A stretch of 64,000 nucleotides of DNA from Caldisericota bacterium (lineage in GTDB: Bacteria; Caldisericota; Caldisericia; Caldisericales; Caldisericaceae), in NCBI GenBank assembly GCA_030621215.1, contig JAUXIC010000001.1, positions 3,423 through 67,422 of the forward strand, given 5' to 3'. The notes under the pieces were generated by a model, which saw nothing but the letters and a program-made list of their open reading frames with translations, was not told where the DNA came from and ran no database searches. Numbering within the stretch: the first letter of the stretch is position 1; each line of letters starts with the position of its first letter. A program made the translations under genes and the position numbers. Below are positions 56,327 through 64,000 of the stretch, piece by piece.

Positions 56327-58352
56327 AAGCAGGGATATTAGAAACGTTGTTGTAGTTGGTCATGGGAATGCAGGGAAAACGACATTATCTGAAGCTATTC
56401 TGTTTAAGAAAAAACTTATTTCGAGGATGGGAAAGGTAGAGGATGGTTCTACTGTATCCGATTATCAGCCAGAGGAAAGAGAGAAATCTATTAGTATTGG
56501 TTTGTCTCTAATTCCTTTTGAACATGATGGGATAAAAGTGAACTACATTGATGTACCTGGTTATCCAGATTTTATTGCGGAAGCACTTAGTGGAATAAGA
56601 GCAGGAGACAATGGATTAATTGTGATTAACGCAGCAGCTGGTGTTGAAATTCAAACGAAGAGATATTGGGATTATCTTGAGAAAAGAAACAAGCCGCGTG
56701 CATTTTTTATAAATAAAGTTGATGTTGAGGGAATAGAGTTTAGTAAAATTGTAGACAAGATTAAGGAAACTTTTGGTTCGAAGGCTTTTCCTGTCATTAT
56801 TCCAATAATGGACGGAAAAACGGTGACGGGGGTATATAATTTGTTCTCTGACAAAGAGCCGCCAGATGGAGTGGCGTTTAATGTTCCCGAGCTTAAAAAA
56901 GAGTTGGTTGAAATTGCAGCTGAAGGTGATGATGCATTACTTGAAAAATACCTTGGAGGAGAAGGGCTTACCACGGAAGAAATTAAACAAAGCTTAAAGG
57001 GATCATTTGGTAGGGGTGAATTTTTTCCTATTCTTGCAGGTTCTGCACTTTCACTTCTTGGAGTTGATGAGCTTATCGATTTTATTGCTGATTATATGGT
57101 TTCACCGGATTTTTTTGGTACTGTCAAAGGAAGGGATCCTAAGGGAGATAAAGAAGAGGAAAGAAAAATTTCTGTAGATGATAATTTTGCAGCTTTTGTT
57201 TTTAAGACAGTGAGTGATCCTTATGTTGGCAAACTTTCTTTTATAAAAGTATATTCAGGCGTGTTAAGCTCAAATAGTGTGGCATATAATAGTTCGAAAG
57301 GTGCTTCAGAGAAAATATCGCAGCTGCTCTTCGTAAGGGGTTCTGAACAAATTCCTGCTGAGAAAATTGTTGCAGGCGATATGGGTATTATAACTAAACT
57401 TTCAGCAACACAGACAAACGATACGCTATCCGACAAAAATATGCCTATTGTATTTTCTAAAATTGTTTTTCCAACTCCCATGCTATCGCGTGCGATGCGG
57501 CCAAAAAGTAAGGCAGATGAGGATAGAATGAGTATAGGTCTATCTAAAATTATAGATGAGGACTCTACTATAATTGTTACGAAGAATGTTGAAACTAACG
57601 AACAGATTATATCCGGAGTTGGAGAAACGCATCTCTCTATTATTATAGGGAAGTTGAAAAAGCGGTACAATGTAGATATAGAGCTTACTACTCCGAAAGT
57701 GCCATATCGAGAAACAATAACAGGAAAAATGAAAGTAGAAGGGAAATACAAGAAGCAGACTGGCGGACATGGACAATATGGGCATTGTTGGCTGGAAGTT
57801 GAACCTCTTCCGCGAGGAAAAGAATTTGAGTTTCTTAATAAAATCTTTGGTGGATCCATTCCTAAACAGTATGTTCCTGCAGTGGAGAAAGGCGTAAGAG
57901 AAGCAATGAGCCATGGTATAATTGCCGGCTATCCTGTTGTAGATATTAGGGTGACAGTTGTTGATGGATCATACCATCCTGTGGATTCTTCTGAAATGGC
58001 ATTTAAAGTTGCAGGCTCAATGGCTCTAAAAAAGGCGTTAGAGCAGTGTAATCCAATTATTCTTGAACCAATAGAAAAGCTGGAAATTGTGGTTGATGAG
58101 CAATATATGGGAGAAGTAATAGGAGATATAAACAGCAAACGTGGTAAAGTTCTGGGCATGAAGTCGGATAATGGGAAACAGATAATAGAGGCATTAGTTC
58201 CTCTTTCTGAAATTTTAAGTTATTCGAATGACCTTAATTCTATTACACAAGGGACTGCCGCATTTGCACGACAACATTCTCACTATGAACCTGCCCACCC
58301 TAAAGTGACCGAAAAGATAATTCAGAGCTCTAAAATAGAAGAGAAGGAATAA
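56313..58352 (+). CDS. Elongation factor G paralog (EF-G-II-like translational GTPase)
   Basis: 679 aa with G1 GHGNAGKTT, switch II DVPGYPDF and G4 NKVD. EF-G domain IV/V motifs KKQTGGHGQYGH and SYHPVDSSEMAFK are present. The GTG start has GGAGG 9 nt upstream and overlaps the rpoB stop by 14 nt. Confidence 0.9.
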   Translation: MKLYESRDIRNVVVVGHGNAGKTTLSEAILFKKKLISRMGKVEDGSTVSDYQPEEREKSISIGLSLIPFEHDGIKVNYIDVPGYPDFIAEALSGIRAGDNGLIVINAAAGVEIQTKRYWDYLEKRNKPRAFFINKVDVEGIEFSKIVDKIKETFGSKAFPVIIPIMDGKTVTGVYNLFSDKEPPDGVAFNVPELKKELVEIAAEGDDALLEKYLGGEGLTTEEIKQSLKGSFGRGEFFPILAGSALSLLGVDELIDFIADYMVSPDFFGTVKGRDPKGDKEEERKISVDDNFAAFVFKTVSDPYVGKLSFIKVYSGVLSSNSVAYNSSKGASEKISQLLFVRGSEQIPAEKIVAGDMGIITKLSATQTNDTLSDKNMPIVFSKIVFPTPMLSRAMRPKSKADEDRMSIGLSKIIDEDSTIIVTKNVETNEQIISGVGETHLSIIIGKLKKRYNVDIELTTPKVPYRETITGKMKVEGKYKKQTGGHGQYGHCWLEVEPLPRGKEFEFLNKIFGGSIPKQYVPAVEKGVREAMSHGIIAGYPVVDIRVTVVDGSYHPVDSSEMAFKVAGSMALKKALEQCNPIILEPIEKLEIVVDEQYMGEVIGDINSKRGKVLGMKSDNGKQIIEALVPLSEILSYSNDLNSITQGTAAFARQHSHYEPAHPKVTEKIIQSSKIEEKE

Positions 58353-58368
58353 AAAAGGAGGTGCATTT

Positions 58369-61300
58369 TTGAAACATAACGATATAGAAGGGTTAAAAGT
58401 GTTGCTTGCCTCCCAGGAAGATGTAGAAAAATGGTCTCATGGCGAAGTTAAGCGGGCCGAGACATATAGTTACAGGACATATTCTCCAGAACCTGATGGT
58501 TTATTTTGCGAAAAAATATTCGGTCCTGTACGAAATTATCAATGCCATTGTGGTAAATTAAAAGGAATTCAATATAAGGGGCTAACTTGTCCCAGGTGTG
58601 GCGTTGAAGTGCTTCCTTCAAGTGTAAGAAGAGAAAGATTCGGAATCATTAAACTTGCCTCTCCCGTAGTGCATATTTGGTATTTTAAAAATAATATTAA
58701 TTATGTTGGGCTTCTTTTAGGTCTGCAGGCAAAGGCCGTTGAGAAGGTTGTATATTTTGTTTCATATATTGTAATAGATCCAAAGCAAACAAAACTCAGA
58801 ATGAAGCAGCTGCTTACAGACGAAGAATACCGAATATATATACAAGAGGGTTATGATTTCATTGCTAAAAAAGGCGGCGAGGCTATTAAGGATTTATTGA
58901 AGATGGTTGATTTGGATAAGATGCGCGAAAGCGCAGTGGAAAAAATTAAGAATGGCACTAAACAGGAAAAAATCTATGCTGTAAGGCTCTTAAGTATTGT
59001 AGAAGGCCTCATTAAAAACAATAGAAGGCCGGAAGATATTGTACTTGATGTAATTTCTGTTATCCCTCCAGATCTTAGACCACTTGTACCACTGGAGGGT
59101 GGAAAATACGCATCAGATGATCTGAATGAGCTTTATAGAAGAGTTATAAATAGGAACAACCGGTTAAAAAAACTTATAGAGGTAAGTGCTCCTGATATTA
59201 TGCTGCAAAATGAGAGAAGAATGTTGCAAGAATCCGTAGATGCTTTGTTTGATAATGGAAGGAGAACTTACCCTGTATTGAATTCTTCGAAAAGGCCGCT
59301 TCGTTCCCTGACTGATATTTTGAAAGGAAAAGAAGGACGGTTTAGGGAAAATCTTTTAGGTAAGCGTGTAGATTATTCTGGCAGGGCTGTTATTGTTATT
59401 GGACCAGATCTCAATCTTGATCAATGTGGTGTTCCAAAGGAAATGGCGCTTGAACTGTTTAAACCATTTGTTATATATGAACTTTCTAAATTAGGGTACA
59501 ATAAGAGGAGAGCTAAGGAGCTTCTTGAAAACCCTACGCCTGAAGTGTGGAAAGCATTAGAAGATATATCAAAAAATTATGTAGTACTTCTTAACAGGGC
59601 TCCTACATTGCACCGATTAGGCATCCAGGCATTTAAGCCAATTCTTACGGAAGGTAAAGCAATACAGCTTTCCCCGCTTGTATGTGCTCCTTTTAATGCG
59701 GATTTTGATGGAGATCAGATGGCAATTCATTTGCCTATCTCATTTGAAGCACAGACTGAGGCGCGTTTACTTTTGCTTTCTTCTCACAATATTCTTTCTC
59801 CTGCAAATAGTTCTCCTATCAAGGGGCCTGTTCAAGATATGGTTTTAGGTTTGTATTACCTGACATTTGGAAGCAAAAGTAAAAAAGTGTACCCTCGTTT
59901 GTTAGATAATGCTGCAGAAGTAGAGCTTTTGTATGAACGGGGAAAATTGGGCTTGCATGACATAATTAAATATTTTGTTGATGGAGAAAAGATAGAAACG
60001 ACAGTTGGCAGAGTATTATTAAATGATAAGATTATGGAAAATATTTTCAGTGATGATGAAAAAACAAAACGGTTTAAATTTATCAACGAGATTGTAGGAA
60101 AACAACAGCTGGATAGTATTATATCTGATTTTTATTCTGAGTTCGGACTTGTAAAGACAGGCATTTTCCTTGACAATTTAAAAGATCTTGGTTTTAAATA
60201 CTCATCATATGCTGGGATAAGTATTGGGATGGACGATGTAAAAATACCACCTGAAAGAAAAGAGCTTATTAAAAATGGAACAATTCGCACCAATAAAATC
60301 AATGATGATTATAATCAGGGCCTTCTCTCGGAAAGCGAACGGTATAGAAAAATTATTGATATATGGATAGAAATGGCTGATAATGTTAAAACTGCCGTAT
60401 TTTCTAATTTTGACCCGTTTGATAGTTTATACATGATGGCAAATTCCGGCGCAAGAGGAAATAAGGACCAGATTACCCAGATGTCAGGAATCAGAGGCCT
60501 TATGGCTGGCCCTACTGGTAAGATTATCGAATTTCCAATTAAGTCGAATCTTCGTGAAGGACTTACCGTTCTTGAATATTTCCTTTCTACGCACGGAGCG
60601 AGAAAAGGACAGGCAGATACTGCGCTTAAAACTGCTAACTCAGGTTATCTTACCAGAAGACTCGTTGATGTAACCCACGAATTAATTATTAAGGAAAAAG
60701 ATTGTGCTTTACAGGTGATAGAACCTATACTAATAGGAGATGAAGTAGTAGAATCTCTTTCTGAAAGAGTTGCCGGGAAAATAGCTGCCGAGGATGTAAA
60801 AAATCCTTATACACATGATATTTTTATTCGTAAAGGAGACATGATAAATCATGAACAGGCTAAATTTCTCGACGAGTTTGACGTACAAAAGATTTTAGTG
60901 GAGAACTACATAAATGGAATAGCAGTGACGACAATTTTAGAAGGAGACTCAGTTGTCGTATCTTTGGGGGAACAAATTTGGGGTAGATATGCTGCAGAGG
61001 ATGTTATAGTCCCGCAGAAAATAAAGGAAATTTCTGTAAGTAGCGACGATGCAGTAAATGCTGTTGCTTCTGAAAGCATTATAGATAAAGATACCGGGGA
61101 AATTTTTGTGCAGACAGGAGACATAATTAATAAAACAATACTGAATAAAATGAAGAAACATAAAATAAAAAAGGTCAAAGTATTTACTGGCAAACCTCGT
61201 GTTATTGTAAAGAGAAATGAGCTCATTGATGAACAGAAAGTAGAAGAGATAGAAAAATTTGGGGTTACCCAGGTAAAAGTCCGTTCTCCGATTACCTGTC

Positions 61301-62166
61301 ATTCTGATCATGGCGTATGTGAAAAGTGCTATGGATTAGATCTTTCTTCTAGGAAGATTGTAAATATTGGGGAGCCAGTTGGTGTTGTTGCTGCTGAATC
61401 TATCGGGGAACCAGGAACTCAGCTTACTTTGAGGACATTTCATGCTGGCGGCGCAGCTGTTGCAGATATTACAACTGGATTGCCGAGGATTGAAGAACTA
61501 TTTAGTGCCCGTAGCCCAAGGGGCAAAGCTCTTATCGCTCCGGTTACAGGAACGGTGGAAGTTAAAGAGGAGAAGGCGAAGAAGACAATCACAATTACAA
61601 ATGAGAAAAATGAAAAATCGAAGCTTGTTACTGCAGGTGATAAAAAACTCAGCGTAAAAACAGGGGATATTGTGAAGGTTGGTGATGTGCTAAGTAAAGG
61701 ACCACTTGACACGCGCGAAATCCTTGAAGTTAAAGGAGTAATTCCAGCAGCCCGTTATTTGCTTCAGGAAATCGAAAAAGTGTATAAATCGCAGGGTGTG
61801 GATATTAATGTTAAACATATAGAGCTTGTGGTAAAGCAGATGTTTAACAGAGTAAAAATAGTTAGTGCAGGAGATACTAATTATTATCCAGGCGAAATAG
61901 CTACTATTGATTCTGTGCTTACTGCCAATCGGATTGCTAAGTCACGTGGTGGGAAAATAGCAGGTTTCAAATTTTTAATCCAGGGAATAACAAAAGCTGC
62001 ACTCTCTTCCGATAGTTTTCTTTCTGCTGCGTCATTCCAGGAAACTCCAAGAGTTCTTGCAGAAGCTGCGATTAAAGGAAAGGTTGACCTGCTTAGAGGA
62101 ATGAAAGAATCTATTATTGTTGGGAAGAAGATTCCTGCAGGTACAAATTTTAAATTTGAGGAATGA
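58369..62166 (+). CDS. rpoC: DNA-directed RNA polymerase beta' subunit
   Basis: 1265 aa with Zn motif CHCGK..CPRCG, followed by NRAPTLHRLGIQAF and catalytic NADFDGDQM. The trigger loop TFHAGGAA..DITTGLPRIEELF has no SI3-type insert. TTG start with SD aaggagg. Confidence 0.97.
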   Translation: MKHNDIEGLKVLLASQEDVEKWSHGEVKRAETYSYRTYSPEPDGLFCEKIFGPVRNYQCHCGKLKGIQYKGLTCPRCGVEVLPSSVRRERFGIIKLASPVVHIWYFKNNINYVGLLLGLQAKAVEKVVYFVSYIVIDPKQTKLRMKQLLTDEEYRIYIQEGYDFIAKKGGEAIKDLLKMVDLDKMRESAVEKIKNGTKQEKIYAVRLLSIVEGLIKNNRRPEDIVLDVISVIPPDLRPLVPLEGGKYASDDLNELYRRVINRNNRLKKLIEVSAPDIMLQNERRMLQESVDALFDNGRRTYPVLNSSKRPLRSLTDILKGKEGRFRENLLGKRVDYSGRAVIVIGPDLNLDQCGVPKEMALELFKPFVIYELSKLGYNKRRAKELLENPTPEVWKALEDISKNYVVLLNRAPTLHRLGIQAFKPILTEGKAIQLSPLVCAPFNADFDGDQMAIHLPISFEAQTEARLLLLSSHNILSPANSSPIKGPVQDMVLGLYYLTFGSKSKKVYPRLLDNAAEVELLYERGKLGLHDIIKYFVDGEKIETTVGRVLLNDKIMENIFSDDEKTKRFKFINEIVGKQQLDSIISDFYSEFGLVKTGIFLDNLKDLGFKYSSYAGISIGMDDVKIPPERKELIKNGTIRTNKINDDYNQGLLSESERYRKIIDIWIEMADNVKTAVFSNFDPFDSLYMMANSGARGNKDQITQMSGIRGLMAGPTGKIIEFPIKSNLREGLTVLEYFLSTHGARKGQADTALKTANSGYLTRRLVDVTHELIIKEKDCALQVIEPILIGDEVVESLSERVAGKIAAEDVKNPYTHDIFIRKGDMINHEQAKFLDEFDVQKILVENYINGIAVTTILEGDSVVVSLGEQIWGRYAAEDVIVPQKIKEISVSSDDAVNAVASESIIDKDTGEIFVQTGDIINKTILNKMKKHKIKKVKVFTGKPRVIVKRNELIDEQKVEEIEKFGVTQVKVRSPITCHSDHGVCEKCYGLDLSSRKIVNIGEPVGVVAAESIGEPGTQLTLRTFHAGGAAVADITTGLPRIEELFSARSPRGKALIAPVTGTVEVKEEKAKKTITITNEKNEKSKLVTAGDKKLSVKTGDIVKVGDVLSKGPLDTREILEVKGVIPAARYLLQEIEKVYKSQGVDINVKHIELVVKQMFNRVKIVSAGDTNYYPGEIATIDSVLTANRIAKSRGGKIAGFKFLIQGITKAALSSDSFLSAASFQETPRVLAEAAIKGKVDLLRGMKESIIVGKKIPAGTNFKFEE

Positions 62167-62195
62167 ACCATATTTTGTACCTCAAATGACTTTGC

Positions 62196-62223
62196 TTGAC
62201 AAGAAAAGTTGTTTTGCTATAAT
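62196..62223 (+). promoter_or_regulatory. Putative promoter for the str operon (rpsL-rpsG-fusA)
   Basis: TTGACA, 16-nt spacer, TATAAT, 41 nt upstream of the rpsL ATG. Confidence 0.5.
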
Positions 62224-62264
62224 TATTTTTCGTGTGAAATAAAAATTAGTAGGAGGATTATTTA

Positions 62265-62654
62265 ATGTTTACATTTAATCAGTTGGTGAGAAAGCCGCGA
62301 AAGAGCAAAAAAGAGAAGGGTAAAACTCCTGCTTTAAGAGGATGTCCTCAAAAGCGTGGGGTTTGCGTACAGGTAAAAACTGCAACTCCCAAAAAACCTA
62401 ATTCTGCTTTAAGAAAAATAGCAAGGGTAAGGCTTACTAATGGAGCTGAAGTAACTGCATATATTGGGGGTGTGGGGCATAATTTACAGGAGCACTCAAT
62501 GGTTTTGGTAAGAGGCGGAAGAATAAAAGACCTTCCCGGCGTTAGATATCATATTGTGCGTGGAGCTCTTGATGCTGCTGGTGTTGCAGATAGAAAAAGG
62601 GGTAGATCCAAGTATGGAACAAAGAAACCGAAAGACAACAAGGGAGGTGCCTGA
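62265..62654 (+). CDS. rpsL: 30S ribosomal protein S12
   Basis: 129 aa with [10 protein letters not shown] and [15 protein letters not shown], which contains the Asp targeted by RimO. Confidence 0.97.
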   Translation: MFTFNQLVRKPRKSKKEKGKTPALRGCPQKRGVCVQVKTATPKKPNSALRKIARVRLTNGAEVTAYIGGVGHNLQEHSMVLVRGGRIKDLPGVRYHIVRGALDAAGVADRKRGRSKYGTKKPKDNKGGA

Positions 62655-63124
62655 TGCCTCGCAGAGGAGTTATAAAGAGTAAGAAAATTTTAGAAGACCC
62701 AGTGTATAATAGTGTGACTCTATCAAGACTAATAAACAATGTAATGTTAGATGGTAAAAAAAGTTTATCTCAAACAATTGTTTATCGGGCATTTGATATT
62801 ATTAAAGAAAAGACAAAGAAAGATCCTTTAGAGGTTTTTGAATTAGCTCTTTCTAATGTAAGGCCTTTGGTAGAGGTAAAGCCAAGGAGAGTTGGAGGAT
62901 CTACTTACCAGGTACCTTCGGAAGTAGAAAAAGGAAGAGGAGAAAAAGTTAGCTTAAAATGGATCGTAAGAGCTGCAAGGGCTAGGACGGGCAAATCTAT
63001 GGTGGAAAAACTTGCACAAGAAATTATAGATGCTGCCAATGAGACAGGTGGAGCCTATAAAAAGAAAATAGATGTGCATAAAATGGCGGAGGCAAACCGT
63101 TCCTACTCGCATTTTAGATGGTAG
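62654..63124 (+). CDS. rpsG: 30S ribosomal protein S7
   Basis: 156 aa with MPRRG...[20 protein letters not shown] and C-terminus [10 protein letters not shown]. Confidence 0.97.
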   Translation: MPRRGVIKSKKILEDPVYNSVTLSRLINNVMLDGKKSLSQTIVYRAFDIIKEKTKKDPLEVFELALSNVRPLVEVKPRRVGGSTYQVPSEVEKGRGEKVSLKWIVRAARARTGKSMVEKLAQEIIDAANETGGAYKKKIDVHKMAEANRSYSHFRW

Positions 63125-63136
63125 AGGTAAATACAT

Positions 63137-64000
63137 ATGAGTATTGATATCCCCTTAGATACAGTTAGAAATATTGGAATTATTGCGCATATTGATGCAG
63201 GCAAGACAACTACAACTGAAAGAGTCTTGTACTACACTGGTCGTACTTATCGTTTAGGTAATGTGGACGATGGCAATACAGTAATGGACTGGATGGAGCA
63301 AGAAAAAGAGAGGGGTATCACTATAACTTCTGCAGTTACCACATGTTTTTGGAAAAATTTTCAGATTAACATTATAGATACGCCCGGGCATGTTGACTTC
63401 ACTGGAGAGGTAGAAAGGTCTCTTAGAGTGCTTGATGGAGCACTTGTTATTTTCTCTGCGGTAGAAGGAGTTGAGGCGCAGTCAGAAGCAGTGTGGAGAC
63501 AGGCCAATAGATATCATGTACCAAGAATTATTTACATTAATAAAATGGACAGGTTGGGTGCATCATTTAATGGTACTTTAGAGACTATAAAAGAGCGACT
63601 CAATGTAAAACCACTTGTTTTAGAAATTCCTATAGGAGAGGAAGAAAAGTTTGAAGGAATTATTGATATAATAGAAGAAAAGGCATACATGTTCAGGGAT
63701 CCCTCTGGTGAAAAATATGATATTGAAGATATTCCTGAAGAATATAGAGCCGAGGTAAATAGCAGAAAAGAAGAACTTTTTGAAACAATAGCAGATGTTG
63801 ACGAAGAAGCATTAGAGGTATATCTTAATACAGAGAATATTCCGAAAGAAACATTAAAAAAGGCAATAAGAAAAGCTACTCTCGATAATCTCGCTTACCC
63901 CGTTTTAATAGGTTCATCATACAAGAATAAGGGTGTTCAGATGGTTCTTGATGCTGTTTGTACATATTTACCTTCCCCTTTGGATGTTAAACTTGTAGTG
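63137..64000 (+). CDS. fusA: Canonical elongation factor G, 3' end cut by window edge
   Basis: Read from sequence; absent from the ORF track because there is no stop in the window. [44 protein letters not shown] and NKMD. The frame stays open to position 64000. Confidence 0.95.
   Translation, partial: MSIDIPLDTVRNIGIIAHIDAGKTTTTERVLYYTGRTYRLGNVDDGNTVMDWMEQEKERGITITSAVTTCFWKNFQINIIDTPGHVDFTGEVERSLRVLDGALVIFSAVEGVEAQSEAVWRQANRYHVPRIIYINKMDRLGASFNGTLETIKERLNVKPLVLEIPIGEEEKFEGIIDIIEEKAYMFRDPSGEKYDIEDIPEEYRAEVNSRKEELFETIADVDEEALEVYLNTENIPKETLKKAIRKATLDNLAYPVLIGSSYKNKGVQMVLDAVCTYLPSPLDVKLVV

Noticed and set aside
1-64000. CRISPR arrays, IS elements, long inverted or direct repeats, and toxin-antitoxin or defence gene pairs.
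   Set aside because: None were recognised by eye. Every ORF over 100 aa on the coding strand has a housekeeping assignment, and intergenic gaps are 170 nt or shorter. An exhaustive repeat computation was not possible, so short dispersed repeats cannot be excluded.

Overview
Visibly AT-rich, very gene-dense bacterial chromosome segment made almost entirely of core housekeeping genes; I cannot assign the lineage from sequence alone. In order: lspA (5' partial), rluD, smpB, an SH3b/amidase cell-wall hydrolase, murI, a 7-tRNA cluster, tig-clpP-clpX-lon, rodZ-like, rimO, thpR, recA-recX-rny, uvrC, hflX, cvpA, queA-tgt. Next come a 1259-aa GH57 lipoprotein with a ROK regulator, a minus-strand tyrS-hisS-aspS operon, rpiB-cmk-plsC-ispH-gpsA, and two tRNA-Pro. 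A roughly 15.6-kb train of overlapping genes follows: decarboxylase, a nine-gene V/A-type ATPase operon, NUDIX, a Xer-like gene, acyltransferase, GT2, an EndoQ-like gene and moaA-moaC. The window ends with rpoB, an EF-G paralog, rpoC, rpsL-rpsG and fusA (3' partial). I found no CRISPR array, prophage, IS element, toxin-antitoxin pair or obvious defence island, so this is an ordinary core region rather than an accessory island. The most unusual points are: (1) an EF-G-II-like GTPase gene translationally coupled between rpoB and rpoC; (2) tandem module expansions inside both RNAP large subunits; (3) a Xer-like recombinase that appears to lack the nucleophilic tyrosine; (4) rimO, which needs a non-ATG/GTG/TTG start to keep its first cluster cysteine; (5) a UvrC without the C-terminal (HhH)2 domain; (6) a complete Na+-site signature in the V-ATPase proteolipid; (7) an archaeal-type EndoQ-like nuclease. 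All calls come from reading the translations and sequence by eye; no database search was run.
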